In this document: piece by piece, positions 42,258 to 52,990 of the stretch
Layout: the number at the start of each line of letters is the position of its first letter
Position numbering within the stretch: position 1 is the stretch's first letter
From: Candidatus Marinacidobacterales bacterium
GTDB lineage: Bacteria > Acidobacteriota > Vicinamibacteria > Marinacidobacterales > SMYC01
Assembly (NCBI GenBank): GCA_965237955.1
Contig: OZ250169.1
Location: 7,712,001 to 7,776,000, forward strand
Reading direction: 5' to 3'
DNA length: 64,000 nucleotides
The notes under the pieces: model-generated
What the model was told of the DNA's origin: nothing
The model's database searches: none
Seen by the model: only the letters and a program-made list of their open reading frames with translations
Made by a program: the position numbers and the translations under genes

Positions 42258-43046
42258 GTGACAGACAAAGCACCCGAGCACGCACGTCCGACCGCCGCGA
42301 CCGAGCCGGCCGTCCCCGAGCCCACCTATGCAGAGAGAGCGAGAACCCTGGTACATGTCGCTCGAGTGGGAACACTTTCGACGGTGTCGCAGAAGGTGGC
42401 CGATTTTCCTTTCGGTTCGGTCGCACCTTACGGGCTCGACGAGCGCGGCTCCCCGACGTTTCTCATCAGCACCATGGCGATGCACACCCAGAACATTCTG
42501 GCGAACGACCGCGGGAGTCTTCTCGTCACCGAAGCTGGTGCCGCGGAGGATCCTCTCGGCGCGGGACGGGTCACGTTAGTAGGCCACGTCGCCAAGACTC
42601 CCGAGTCCGCGCTCGACTACGTTCGCGAACAATACTTGGCTCGCTACGAGAACGCGTCGTACTGGGTCGACTTCAAAGATTTTGCGTTCTTTCAAATGGA
42701 CGTGCTCGAAGTGTACTTCGTCGGTGGTTTCGGCGTCATGGGTTGGGTGAGCGCCGGCGACTATATCGACGCCGAGCCCGATCCTTTGGCCGATGCTGCC
42801 ACCGGCATCCTCGATCATATGAACGACGACCACGTCGAAGCGATGCTGCTTCTCGCCCGGGGCATTGCCGGCGGCGAAGCCGAAGACGCGAAAATGACTG
42901 CCGTCGACCGCCTCGGTTTTCACGTTCGTTTGACCACAGCCGAAGGGATGCGTGGCGTCCGTATCCCGTTCACGCGTGAAGTGCGGAACGGAGACGAGAC
43001 GCGGATGGTTCTCGTGGAAATGGTTCAAAAGGAGCGCAACGCGTAG
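42258..43046 (+). CDS. HugZ/PNPOx-like heme-binding protein with C-terminal DUF2470-type domain
   Basis: GTLST, FPFGSVAPY, MAMHTQN, FVGGFG, HMNDDH, VDRLG. Confidence 0.85.
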   Translation: MTDKAPEHARPTAATEPAVPEPTYAERARTLVHVARVGTLSTVSQKVADFPFGSVAPYGLDERGSPTFLISTMAMHTQNILANDRGSLLVTEAGAAEDPLGAGRVTLVGHVAKTPESALDYVREQYLARYENASYWVDFKDFAFFQMDVLEVYFVGGFGVMGWVSAGDYIDAEPDPLADAATGILDHMNDDHVEAMLLLARGIAGGEAEDAKMTAVDRLGFHVRLTTAEGMRGVRIPFTREVRNGDETRMVLVEMVQKERNA

Positions 43047-43173
43047 CCCTTCTCCCCAACGCCACCCGTCAAGTCGCGGTGGGCGAGTGGTAGACTGTTC
43101 CCCGCGCTTGCTACAGAGAGTGCCAAACAAGCTGACAAGGCAAGATATCGACACGAACGCGGTGAAGAGACCC

Positions 43174-44437
43174 ATGAGAGGTATCGTTTCCTTGCTTGCG
43201 GTCCTGCTGTTTGCCCACCGGTTGTGACGAAAGCCGCTACTCACTCGTCGAAAACGTTGCCGATAGCGAGAAACGGTTTCAGGACGGGCGCTATCCTGGT
43301 TTCATCGACGACGCCGGCGATCAGGGCCTGGTCGAGCTCGCGGGCGACACGCGCCCGGCCCTCACGCCGCCGTTTCCGGCGAGCCTGCGCTTCGACGTCA
43401 CGCTACCGGAAGCAGCTTTCTTGACGCTCGCGCCGGCGCTCATCACCCGCCAACGCGTCGGACGCGCGCGAGTGGAGTTCGTCGTCGTGGTCGAGACTCC
43501 GGATGGCGAACGCACCACCGTTCTCTCCGAGCTTTTGCGTCACACCGAGACGAACCAATGGCACCCACGAGAAGTCGACTTGACGCGCTGGGCAGGACAG
43601 AGCGTCACGCTCGAGCTCACGACGCGTGAGCTCGAAGGGCGTACCGATATGTTGTGGGCCGATCGCGTGCAAGCGGTTTGGGGCGAGCCCGTGGTTGGAG
43701 CGAGCCCGGGCAAGCGATTCGCGGCCGCGACCAATGAGCTCGTGGTGGCGACCACGGACGTGCTGGCGAGTCAGTCGGAGGCCGCCGGGCTCAGTCGAGA
43801 AGATGCCGGTAGCCTGTGGCGATTCGCTGTCAACGTCGTCATCGGTGGGTTGCTGTCCATCGTGATCGGCGAGGTCTTCCGACGTTTCGGATCGACGTCG
43901 TCGGGCCGGCACGCGTTCAGTAACCTGTTCCCGCTGTTCACGATCGTAACCATCGTCGTCATCGCCGTGGTTCGCTCTTCGCTCGCGCTTTCGCTCGGCC
44001 TCATTGGAGCCTTGTCCATCGTGCGCTTTCGCTCGGCCATCAAGTCGCCCGAAGAGTTGGTCTATCTCTTGTTTTGCGCCTCCGTCGGGGTCTCGCTCGG
44101 GGCCGATCAAAGATTGCTCGCGGTGACATCGGTCGCGCTGGTGTGCGCCGTCGTCATCGCGCGCTATCTAGGGCGGCGACCCGCTGACAGAAATCTACTG
44201 CTCACCGTGTCCGGAGACGCGACGCGTTTTTACGACGGCGATGCGTCGGTTTTCAACCGAGTTCGAGAAGTTACGCGAAGGCTCCGACTGCAACGGATCG
44301 ACCACGATGGCACGAACGTCGAGCTTCGAGCGATCGTAACCGTCGACAACGACGGAGGGGCGGCGCTCATCGCGCGTCTCCGAGAGAATCTACCTGGGCT
44401 TCGTTTTTCTTTTGTCGACGCCGATGACATCCTCTGA
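43174..44437 (+). CDS. lipoprotein-domain fused DUF4956 membrane protein (1-nt frameshift at ~43216)
   Basis: MRGIVSLLAVLLFA/TGC lipobox, ~200-aa soluble domain, SSLALSLGLIGALSIVRFRSAIKSPEELVYL. Confidence 0.8.
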
Positions 44438-45191
44438 AGCCCAACTGGCTACATTCGAGCTCGAGGTGCCGGAGTCGCGATCTGACGGAGTCACGACGTT
44501 CCGGCGTGAGATCAAGTTTGCGCTGCCTCATGTCGATTTCGGCAAGTTCCGCTCGATCTTGGAAGTCAACTGCCGCCGCGTGAGTTACGAGCAGCCGACG
44601 TCGCGGGTCGTGAGCCTCTACTTCGACGATGTCCTGCTGAGCTCGTGCCACGATAATCTGGACGGTACGCCGCGACGGAGCAAGCTCCGTCTGCGGTGGT
44701 ACGACACGCCGTTGCCTGAAACCAAATTCTTTTTCGGAGTCAAAAGGCGCACGGATGACGTGCTGGCGAAGGAGCGGTTTCCGCTTCGCTCCGCGGTGGC
44801 TGTCGCCTCGCTCTAGATTCGTGAAATCGTTGCGGCGCTATCTAGGGCGCTCCCGGCGCCCCAGGCTGAGCTTCTCCGCGCGCGCGACGAGCCGGTCCTC
44901 ATTACCGAATATGAACGGCACTATTTCGAAGCGCTCGGAGAGCCGCTCCGGGTGACCGTCGATACCAATCTCGTTTTTTATCCGCAAACGAATGGCGGTC
45001 CACCTCGCCGGCGGTTCCCGGCGCGCGTCCCCGAGCTCGTGATCCTGGAAGGCAAGGCGCCGGTCGGAAGCGAGCACCGCCTTCGCGAGCTGCTGTTCCC
45101 GCTCGAGCCGTGGGTAACACGATCGTCGAAGTACGTCATGGGCTGCCAGTCTCTTGGGCTCCTTCCCGGCAGCCATTTTGGGCCGATCTAG
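44424..45191 (+). CDS. VTC-domain (polyphosphate polymerase/CYTH-like) protein, in-frame TAG at 44814-44816
   Basis: RREIKF (ExK), SLYFDD, RSKLRLRWY, KER, YERHYF, RVTVD, ILEGK, SKY. Confidence 0.82.
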
Positions 45192-47125
45192 TGAGATTGT
45201 TTCTCCTGGTCGTGATCCACGCTTTGCTGACGCGAGGAGTCTCTGCCGACACGGTCGCCGACACGCGTTTCAAGTATCGACGAGGTTTCTACTCGGCGCC
45301 GTTTCTGCAGGTCATTCGATCGGAGACTCCGGGTGCGAAGATCCGCTACACGACCGACGGAAGCGAGCCCAGCGCGACTCACGGCGTGGGAGGCAGCAAT
45401 CCCGTAGCCGTCCGTGTCGAGTCGACGACGACGCTACGCGTCATGGCGTACAAAGATGGGATGCAGCCGACCAACATCGATACCCACACGTACATCTTCC
45501 CCACGGACGTGTTGAAGCAGCCGCGACACGTGGAAGGCTATCCCACGTCGTTGACGCAAGAGGGCATGGGATATCTGGTAGAGCTCGACTACGAGATGGA
45601 TCCCGAGATCGTGAACCACCCCGCCTATCGCGATGAGCTCGTCTCGTCGTTGAAGTCCATACCGACGCTATCCATCGTGTTGGATCCCGCCGACCTCTTC
45701 GGGCAAAGGTTCTCTTCTGACGGCGAGCGGCTAGACCCCCGCATCAGCGGCATCTATTTCGGCCATCTTGGCGCCCGGAGCGAGGCGCGTGCGTCCGTCG
45801 AGCTCATCTATCCGGAGCGTCCCGCCGCGGGGTTCCAAATCGATTGCGGGATCGAGTCGCACGGGATACGCGGCCTCAAACGCTCGCTCAAGCTCAAGTT
45901 CCAGAAAGAGTTCGGTTCGGGAAAGCTTCGCTCTTCGTTTCTCCAAAACGCGCCGCTGAATGGCGACAGCGCGACCACGAAGTTCGATCGCATCGTGTTG
46001 CGCGCCGGGCACAGTCGTTCGTGGGCCGGTGAAAACCCGGACGAGACCTGTTACACCCGCGACCAATGGGTGCGAGACACGCAAATCGCGATGAGCGGTA
46101 TCGGATCGCACGGGGCGTTCGTCCATTTGTATCTCAACGGGTTGTATTTGGGGGTCTACAACGCGGTCGAGCGTCCCGACGCATGGTTCACATCCGCCTA
46201 CCGAGGCGGGGCGCAACAAGACTGGTTTGCGGTCAACCACAACAGAGAGTTGCACGGCGATGGAGAGCGGTGGCTCTACTTGCGGGGAAGACTCAAAGAC
46301 AAGGACTTGAGCGAGTCGAAGAACTATCGAGAGCTCGAAGAGTATCTCGATGTCGCTGAGTTCGCCGACTATATGATCTTGGGTTGGTACGTGAGGCTCG
46401 ATGACTGGGGACCGAACCGTAACTGGTACGCCGGCAACCGTAGCCGTCCTCCCGGACCGCTCCACTTCTTCATGTGGGATGCGGAGTACAGTTTGTTCGC
46501 CGGCTCCGAGCCGATGGCTTGGATCCACGAGCTCTACCGCGCCGACGCGTTCACCGACTCCTGGGACATGGTCGGTTTGTGGCATGCACTCGCGCGCAGT
46601 CCGGATTTCATGACGCTGTTCGCCGATCGCGTCTACGAGCATTGCTTCCACGACGGTGCGCTGACCGAGGAAAACGCCATCGCACGTTGGCGTCACCTGA
46701 ACGAGCTCGTCTCCGACGCGTTGATCGCCGAGTCGGCACGATGGGGTGATGCGCGCAAAGTCTTCGGCGAGCCGACACGGACGAGAGACGACACGTTCCT
46801 GCCGGAAGTGGAACGCGTGGTCGGCATCATGACGGGCAACGTCGCCCACTTCATCAAAGTCCTGAGGGACGAAGGCTACTATCCGTCGATCGATCCGCCC
46901 GAGATCGCCGGGTCGAACCTCGTGAACCCAAACGGCTCGGGCGTCGTCTACTACACCATCGACGGATCCGATCCCCGAGCTCGAGGAGGCGCGGTCTCCG
47001 ACGCGGCACTCGAATGGGCGAGCGACGCGGCGCTCACGCTGGCTGGCGGGGAGGTTGTCAAAGCGCGGGTCCGAACCGAACGGGAGTGGAGCGCGCTCCA
47101 CTCGTTCGATCCGAGCTCACAGTAG
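45191..47125 (+). CDS. secreted CotH-kinase family protein with Fn3-associated domains
   Basis: Signal peptide, IRYTTDGSEP, KRSLKLKF, VHLYLNGLYLGVYNAVERPD, DWGPNRNWY, WDAEYS, YYTIDGSDPR. Confidence 0.85.
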   Translation: MRLFLLVVIHALLTRGVSADTVADTRFKYRRGFYSAPFLQVIRSETPGAKIRYTTDGSEPSATHGVGGSNPVAVRVESTTTLRVMAYKDGMQPTNIDTHTYIFPTDVLKQPRHVEGYPTSLTQEGMGYLVELDYEMDPEIVNHPAYRDELVSSLKSIPTLSIVLDPADLFGQRFSSDGERLDPRISGIYFGHLGARSEARASVELIYPERPAAGFQIDCGIESHGIRGLKRSLKLKFQKEFGSGKLRSSFLQNAPLNGDSATTKFDRIVLRAGHSRSWAGENPDETCYTRDQWVRDTQIAMSGIGSHGAFVHLYLNGLYLGVYNAVERPDAWFTSAYRGGAQQDWFAVNHNRELHGDGERWLYLRGRLKDKDLSESKNYRELEEYLDVAEFADYMILGWYVRLDDWGPNRNWYAGNRSRPPGPLHFFMWDAEYSLFAGSEPMAWIHELYRADAFTDSWDMVGLWHALARSPDFMTLFADRVYEHCFHDGALTEENAIARWRHLNELVSDALIAESARWGDARKVFGEPTRTRDDTFLPEVERVVGIMTGNVAHFIKVLRDEGYYPSIDPPEIAGSNLVNPNGSGVVYYTIDGSDPRARGGAVSDAALEWASDAALTLAGGEVVKARVRTEREWSALHSFDPSSQ

Positions 47126-47785
47126 CGTATCGAGGTTGACGTACGAGAGCTGATACTGCGGAAATTTCTCGCGAAGGTTCGACATGAGCTCGGTCGTCTC
47201 CTCTGGCGTCGAAAGCGCAACGTTCGCCCGGAATTGAACTTGACCGTCCTCGAGATCGAATCTCTGGATGGTCAATCCGTGGGTGAGACTCTTGAGCGTC
47301 TCGACGAACGCGCCGTCTTTTTCGTCGAAGAAGCCGTCCGCATCACCCGTCAACGTCAACAGGAGATTGTGTTGACGCGGTCGCCGACTGAGAAACCGTC
47401 GCCCGACGATGAAAGCCGAGACGATGGCGACGGAAACGAACGTCAGCAACCGATGCTCCGCCCCGAGCGCGAGGCCCACCGCGATACAGAAGAACAGGTA
47501 CACGAGCTCTTCCGCCGTTTTGATCGCAGCGCGGAAACGAACGATCGAAAGCGCGCCGACGAGCCCGAGAGCGCGCGCGAGCGACGATTTCACGACGAAG
47601 ATGATGACGACGGTCACCATCGTCAACATCGGAAAAACGCTCGAGAACGTGTCGCGGTTCGATATCGTCGAGCTGCAACGCTTGTAAAGCTCCCGGATAT
47701 AGATCGCGAGAACGCCACCAATCAAGGTGTTGATGGCGCAGGTCACGACCATCGAGAGCTCGGGAGTCAGAGTCAGTCCGCTCAA
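47117..47785 (-). CDS. DUF4956 membrane protein (paralog)
   Basis: VKSSLARALGLVGALSIVRFRAAIKTAEELVYLF. Confidence 0.85.
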   Translation of the reverse strand: MSGLTLTPELSMVVTCAINTLIGGVLAIYIRELYKRCSSTISNRDTFSSVFPMLTMVTVVIIFVVKSSLARALGLVGALSIVRFRAAIKTAEELVYLFFCIAVGLALGAEHRLLTFVSVAIVSAFIVGRRFLSRRPRQHNLLLTLTGDADGFFDEKDGAFVETLKSLTHGLTIQRFDLEDGQVQFRANVALSTPEETTELMSNLREKFPQYQLSYVNLDTLL

Positions 47786-47836
47786 CGACGAAAGCGTATC
47801 AAGCCGTCCCCGATGTTGCGAGGAATTCCTAGTGCC

Positions 47837-48043
47837 TTACCGTTTGTCCGTCTGGGCCTTCGTCCGGAACTCTCCGCACCACCAGTTTTCGTTCACGCTC
47901 GGCCAGAGCTCGGACGGCTGCTTCGAGTGCGTGTCGAAGTACACCAGGGGAGGAAACCGGCGGCACTTGCCGCGGGCAACCGACGAGCGGACGAAAAAAA
48001 CACATCGCTCGCAAGCTGGACGGGGCATGGGAGGCAGGAGCAT
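47837..48043 (-). CDS. small four-Cys putative metal-binding protein
   Basis: CERC..GKCRRFPP..WPSV...WWCGEF. Confidence 0.65.
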   Translation of the reverse strand: MLLPPMPRPACERCVFFVRSSVARGKCRRFPPLVYFDTHSKQPSELWPSVNENWWCGEFRTKAQTDKR

Positions 48044-48132
48044 ACCCTAAATAGCGACAGGTGTAAATAAGGTGTAGTGTGTAGTCACGTTACCACTGCT
48101 CCCGCAGACGTACAAGCACAGGAGTCGAGCGG

Positions 48133-49158
48133 CTAACGGTCGATCGGCTCGAGGTAATCATCTAGCTCCTCGACGAGCCGGCTCTTTTCTTCCGATGCGA
48201 GAAAGCTCGCTTCGAAGGCGTTTCGCGTCAGCTGATAGAGGTGGTCTCGCGTGAGGCCCAATGCCTCTTGGACGGCGACGTAGTTCTCCTCGATGTAACC
48301 ACCGAAATACGCCGGATCATCTGAGTTGACGGTGGCGCAAAGGCCCGCCTCGAGTAGATCTTTGAGATTGTGGTCTTCCAGTTTCTTGAACACGCCCAGC
48401 TTGACATTCGACAGAGGACAAACCGTCAACGGCGTCTGCCTCTTCCGCAGCAACTCGACGAGCTTCGGGTCTTCGAGGCAGCGCACCCCGTGGTCGATAC
48501 GGGAGACGTCGAGTAGATCCAATGCTTGCCAAATGTAGTCCGGCGGTCCCTCTTCTCCGGCGTGCGCGACCGTCTTCAGGCCGAGCGCCAACGCCTTATC
48601 GAAAACGCGCTCGAACTTCAACGGAGGGTGCCCGAGCTCGGAAGAGTCGAGACCCACGGCGGTAATCCAGTCTCGGAAGGCAACCGCGCGTTCGAGGGTC
48701 TCCATCGCGGCGTCCGCGCTCAAATGCCGGAGGAAACAGAGGATGAGCTTGGACGAAAGATTCCACTCGCTCTGGGCGTCGTCGAGCGCCCGCCGCAGTC
48801 CGGTGATGACGGTCTCGAACGGCACGCCGCGATCGGTATGGGTCTGGGGATCGAAAAAGATCTCCACGTGCCGCACGTTTTGGGCTGCCACGGTTTGCAG
48901 GTAGGCGTGAGCTAGCTGGTAAAAGTCCTGCTCCTTCACGAGGACCCGCGCACCTTCGTAGTACACGTCGAGGAACGACTGAAGGTCCGTGAACGCGTAC
49001 GCTCGACGCACCTCCGCAACAGATGCGAACGGAAGTTTGACCCCGCTGCACGCGGCAAGCTCGAACATCAGCTCGGGCTGGAGCGAGCCCTCGATATGAA
49101 TGTGGAGCTCCGCTTTGGGAAGGCCTTGGATGAAGGACTTCATAGACGGCTCTGTCAT
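48133..49158 (-). CDS. add: adenosine/adenine deaminase
   Basis: [39 protein letters not shown]. Confidence 0.93.
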   Translation of the reverse strand: MTEPSMKSFIQGLPKAELHIHIEGSLQPELMFELAACSGVKLPFASVAEVRRAYAFTDLQSFLDVYYEGARVLVKEQDFYQLAHAYLQTVAAQNVRHVEIFFDPQTHTDRGVPFETVITGLRRALDDAQSEWNLSSKLILCFLRHLSADAAMETLERAVAFRDWITAVGLDSSELGHPPLKFERVFDKALALGLKTVAHAGEEGPPDYIWQALDLLDVSRIDHGVRCLEDPKLVELLRKRQTPLTVCPLSNVKLGVFKKLEDHNLKDLLEAGLCATVNSDDPAYFGGYIEENYVAVQEALGLTRDHLYQLTRNAFEASFLASEEKSRLVEELDDYLEPIDR

Positions 49159-49403
49159 AATACCCCTAGTAATAATGATAGGGGTTGGATGGCAGTCCGG
49201 GAAGCGGGGGCTCGGTTCTTGACGTCGGACTTATGGGCTTCCGGAAGACGCACTCAGGACGAGCACGATGGTGGGATCGAGCGGGTAGCGGCCAGAATTG
49301 GGCTCCGTAGCCGGTTCGACAAGAAGTAAGGGTTCGACGCTGACCGCAGTCGAAAAACGTGCGGGTCGACGTTCGCGAAACGCCAGAACAAAGGAGTGCA
49401 GAG

Positions 49404-49955
49404 ATGGCGAAGTGGGTTTTTGAACCTGGGCATTCTGCCGCAGCATTTCGGGTGCGGCACATGATGGTCACGTGGGTGCGCGGCATTATTCCTGGAGTCG
49501 AAGGGACGCTCGACCTCGATTGGGACAATCCCGTCGGCGGCGTTATCGAGGTCACGATGGATGCACAGAAGCTATGGACCGGAGACGATGATCGAGATGG
49601 TCATCTGAAAAACGCCGACTTCCTCGACGTCGAGAATCATCCGAAGATTTACTTCAAGGGCCGATTCACAGAGCAAATTGGTGAGACCAACTACACCGTT
49701 GCGGGTGATCTGACGATCCGCGGAATCACACGTCCAGTCGTCATGGACGTGGACTACCTTGGTCACTGGGCGACACCGTTTTGGGTTGGCAACGAAGACA
49801 AGGGACCCAAAACCCGAGCCGGCTTCACTGGCACGACGAGGATCAATCGCCAGGATTTCGACATTAGCTGGCAGGGGGAATTGGAGAAGGGCGGTGTCGT
49901 CGTCGGGAACGACGTTTTCATCACCGTGGATGCTGAAGCTCTGCTCGAAGACTGA
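49404..49955 (+). CDS. YceI-family protein
   Basis: AAGGAG RBS; HSAAAFRVRHMM, RDGHLKNADFLD, GDLTIRG. Confidence 0.9.
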   Translation: MAKWVFEPGHSAAAFRVRHMMVTWVRGIIPGVEGTLDLDWDNPVGGVIEVTMDAQKLWTGDDDRDGHLKNADFLDVENHPKIYFKGRFTEQIGETNYTVAGDLTIRGITRPVVMDVDYLGHWATPFWVGNEDKGPKTRAGFTGTTRINRQDFDISWQGELEKGGVVVGNDVFITVDAEALLED

Positions 49956-49985
49956 TACCCTTCGGCGACTGTGAGGAGGTGACCG

Positions 49986-50969
49986 ATGGCACGGACGATG
50001 AGCTTTACCCGCAGGGAGTGGCTGGGAACGGTGGGTGCCGCGGCGCTTTCATCGCGAGCCGTGTCCGAGGACGAGAAAACGTTTGGCGGGGTGTTCGAGA
50101 TCCTGGCGACGCCTTACAAAGAAGACAAGTCGGTTGACTACGAAGACCTCGCCGCCGAAGTCGAGTTTCTCGCTCGTTGCGGAACGCAGGGCCTCGTATG
50201 GCCTCAGAACTCGAGCGACCTGCCTTGGCTCACCCGGGACGAGATTTTGGAAGGCATGACCGTCATCGCCAAAGCGGCGAAGGGCACGAGCCCAACGCTC
50301 GTACTGGGAGTTCAAGGCCGGAACACTGAGTCGATGCTTGCGTTCGCTCGTCATGCCGAACAGTTGGGCGCCGACGCGATGATCGCCATGCCCCCCAAAG
50401 ACGCGAAGTCACTCGACGAGTATCGTGAGTACTACACCGAGCTCTGCAAACTGACGTTGCGGCCGGTCTTCATCCAAACGTCGGCGGGCGCTCCCGACAT
50501 CGAGCCCACCATCGAACTCATCGTCGAGCTCGGCGAAAAGTTTCCGAACTTCGGCTACGTCAAAGAGGAGTACGGAGACACGCTTGTGCGGATGCAAGCC
50601 CTGACCCGGCATCGTCCCGGCGCTGTGAAGCGCATCTTCGGCGGAAGTCGAGCACGCGCGTGGACGTATGAAATGCGTCTCGGCATGGACGGGATGATGA
50701 CTGGCCGACCACAGTATGCCGAGGTCTATGCACGCATTTGGGACCTCCATAACGAGAATCGATCCGACGCTGTACGCGATCTCTACAGCAAGCTCATGTT
50801 GATCACGAACCTCGAGAACTACGTTCCCGGATTACGCCCTTACCTCATGAAGCAGCGCGGCGTGTTCAAAACTCACGTCACCCGCCGTGGCGATTTCGAG
50901 TTCGATGCCAACGCCGTCGCCGAGATCGACTACAACATGGAGCCGTTGAAGCCGTATCTGCACACATGA
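49986..50969 (+). CDS. DapA (dihydrodipicolinate synthase)-family aldolase with Tat signal
   Basis: FTRREWLG twin-Arg leader, ATPY..VDYEDL, GADAMIAMPP, YVKEE Schiff-base Lys. Confidence 0.85.
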   Translation: MARTMSFTRREWLGTVGAAALSSRAVSEDEKTFGGVFEILATPYKEDKSVDYEDLAAEVEFLARCGTQGLVWPQNSSDLPWLTRDEILEGMTVIAKAAKGTSPTLVLGVQGRNTESMLAFARHAEQLGADAMIAMPPKDAKSLDEYREYYTELCKLTLRPVFIQTSAGAPDIEPTIELIVELGEKFPNFGYVKEEYGDTLVRMQALTRHRPGAVKRIFGGSRARAWTYEMRLGMDGMMTGRPQYAEVYARIWDLHNENRSDAVRDLYSKLMLITNLENYVPGLRPYLMKQRGVFKTHVTRRGDFEFDANAVAEIDYNMEPLKPYLHT

Positions 50970-50974
50970 AGACG

Positions 50975-50997
50975 TCCCCCTCGGGTGAGGGGGGGTC
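50975..50997 (+). terminator. hairpin, putative terminator
   Basis: CCCCCTC-GGGT-GAGGGGG just after the stop codon; weak U tail. Confidence 0.45.
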
Positions 50998-51071
50998 TCT
51001 ACTTAAGTTTGGATGGACCGTACCGGCGGCGTAACGACTGCGGTGGATGGAGTAGAGTTCGTGGTGTCGAT

Positions 51072-51101
51072 TTGACTGTGTGATCTACTGTGGAGTATAA
51101 T
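51072..51101 (+). promoter_or_regulatory. sigma-70 promoter of the TA operon
   Basis: TTGACT-N18-TATAAT, with ACTGTG direct repeats as a possible operator. Confidence 0.7.
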
Positions 51102-51111
51102 CAACAACAGA

Positions 51112-51345
51112 ATGGCTACGATTCAAGTGGTGCTGGACGACGCGCTGCTGCAGATTGCGGACAGATTCGCCAAGCAGCAACGGGTCAATCGCTCGGCGCT
51201 CATTCGTGAAGCTCTGCGAGCCCATCTGAAGAAGCTTCGCTACCAGGAGCTGGAGAGGCAGGAACGTGACGCCTACGAGCGACAACCCGACGACCTCGAC
51301 GAGGTCGCGCGCTGGGAAAGGGTTGCCGATTGGCCGCCCGACTAG
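51112..51345 (+). CDS. ribbon-helix-helix antitoxin
   Basis: MATIQVVLDDALL..NRSALIREAL; overlaps the toxin start. Confidence 0.85.
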   Translation: MATIQVVLDDALLQIADRFAKQQRVNRSALIREALRAHLKKLRYQELERQERDAYERQPDDLDEVARWERVADWPPD

Positions 51346-51662
51346 AGCGCGGTGAAATCCGCTTCTACCAGTTCGCGGCGCCGGACAAGTCGCGGCCGGT
51401 CTTGGTGCTCACGCGCGGGGAGTCCGTGAAGTATCTTTCGAAGGTCACGGTCGCGCCGGTCACTTCGACGATTCGCGGTGTTGCCTCCGAGGTAGCGCTT
51501 GACGTAGATGACGGGATGAAAGCACCGTGCGTCGTCAATCTTCACAATGTTGTTACTGTCGCGAAAGCGGGCATAGGAGGACGACTGACTAAGCTCAGCG
51601 AAGAAAAGATGAATCTTGTATGCGACGCTATCGCCTATGCGCTCGGTTGTGAAGGGTCGTAA
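51330..51662 (+). CDS. mazF: PemK/MazF-family endoribonuclease toxin
   Basis: RGEI..DKSRPVLVLTR, VTVAPVTSTIRG. Confidence 0.9.
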   Translation: MAARLERGEIRFYQFAAPDKSRPVLVLTRGESVKYLSKVTVAPVTSTIRGVASEVALDVDDGMKAPCVVNLHNVVTVAKAGIGGRLTKLSEEKMNLVCDAIAYALGCEGS

Positions 51663-52990
51663 CGTGTGACGGTGAGATAGATGGGGTAGCTCGCCGCGAT
51701 GAGAACAAGCGCATACGCACTATGCCTCGGATCGCCGAAGACGCTTCCCACCAGAAACGCCAGCGAGCCGACGAGAGCGATGAGAGGCGGCCAAGGGTAG
51801 CCCCACACGCGAAAAGGTCTCGGCTGCTCCGGCTCCCGCTTTCGGAGAATGAAAAGCGCAAGGAACCCGGAGATGTAGACGGTGACGTAAAAGAAAGAAG
51901 CGATCGCGATCAGTGTCTCGAATGTGCCGCTGGCGACGAGGGCAATCGCGGAGCCCGTCGTCAGCACCATGGCTGTCAGCGGCGTACCTCGCGGATTCAC
52001 CTCGGACGCTTTGGAGAAGAACAAGCCGTCACGGCTCATCGCGAACAGAATGCGGGTCGCTAGAAGCAGCACGGCGTTGATGACGCTCAGGAGCGACAAG
52101 AGGGAGAGCGCGATGATGATACGGCCACCGTCGCCTCCGAAAATTCTCTGGGCCGCATCGGCGGCCGGCAGGGTCGAGCCCGCGAGCTCCGAAAGCGGCA
52201 GAGTGTAGACAAGCGCGAGGTTCACCAGCACGTAGATCCCGATGATGCACAGAACACCGCCAATCGCCGACGTGGGTAGGTTTCTTGCCGGGTCCTTGTC
52301 TTCTTCGGTGAAGTAGATGGCGCTGTACCAACCGTCGTACGTCACGATCACCGACTGAAGAGCCACCACGATCGCGACGACGGCGGCGGTGAGGCCTCCT
52401 GGAATCCGGGGTGCTGCCGTCGCGAGTGACGGCACGGCCTCCTCCTCCGAGCGACCATAGAGGAAGCACACGACGACGAACCCGATCAGCGCCACGCCCT
52501 TGAGCACGCTCGTCAGATCCTGCGTCCAGCTACTCGACCGCAGCCCGAGCCAGTGCAGAACGGCGAAGAAGACGAGCGTCCCGATGGCGACGGAGCGGAC
52601 CCCTCCGGGGATCGCGGGAAAAAGCGCCACGGAAAACTCCCCTATCGCCGTCGACAAAAAGGCGAGCGCCGCGCTCTGGGCGATCCAGTCAATCCAGCCG
52701 ACCGTAAAGCCGCCGTAGTTTCCGAAAGCACGGCGGGCATAAACGTACCAGCCACCCGCGCTCGGAAGCATCGTCCCGAGCTCGACCACGGAGATCGTGC
52801 CGAAAAGAGCGTAGACACCACCTATTATCCAGATAGTGACGATGGCCCAGACACTCGGTATCTGCTCCGCCACGAGCCCCGGCGTCCGGAGGATACCGAC
52901 GCCGACCGTGCCGCCCACGGTCACGGCAATCCCGAATCCGACCCCGAGGATCCGCAATAGACCCGGCCGGTGCTCTTCCTGTCTGGTCAA
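51635..52990 (-). CDS. APC-family amino acid permease
   Basis: TVGVGILRTP, ELGTMLPSAGGWY, YDGW, RILFAMSRDG, RPFRVWGYP. Confidence 0.92.
   Translation of the reverse strand: MTRQEEHRPGLLRILGVGFGIAVTVGGTVGVGILRTPGLVAEQIPSVWAIVTIWIIGGVYALFGTISVVELGTMLPSAGGWYVYARRAFGNYGGFTVGWIDWIAQSAALAFLSTAIGEFSVALFPAIPGGVRSVAIGTLVFFAVLHWLGLRSSSWTQDLTSVLKGVALIGFVVVCFLYGRSEEEAVPSLATAAPRIPGGLTAAVVAIVVALQSVIVTYDGWYSAIYFTEEDKDPARNLPTSAIGGVLCIIGIYVLVNLALVYTLPLSELAGSTLPAADAAQRIFGGDGGRIIIALSLLSLLSVINAVLLLATRILFAMSRDGLFFSKASEVNPRGTPLTAMVLTTGSAIALVASGTFETLIAIASFFYVTVYISGFLALFILRKREPEQPRPFRVWGYPWPPLIALVGSLAFLVGSVFGDPRHSAYALVLIAASYPIYLTVTRYDPSQPSA

Noticed and set aside
719-44816. Amber readthrough or pyrrolysine recoding at the two in-frame TAGs
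   Set aside because: TAG ends many normal genes here, no pyl genes are seen, and exeA also has a frameshift.
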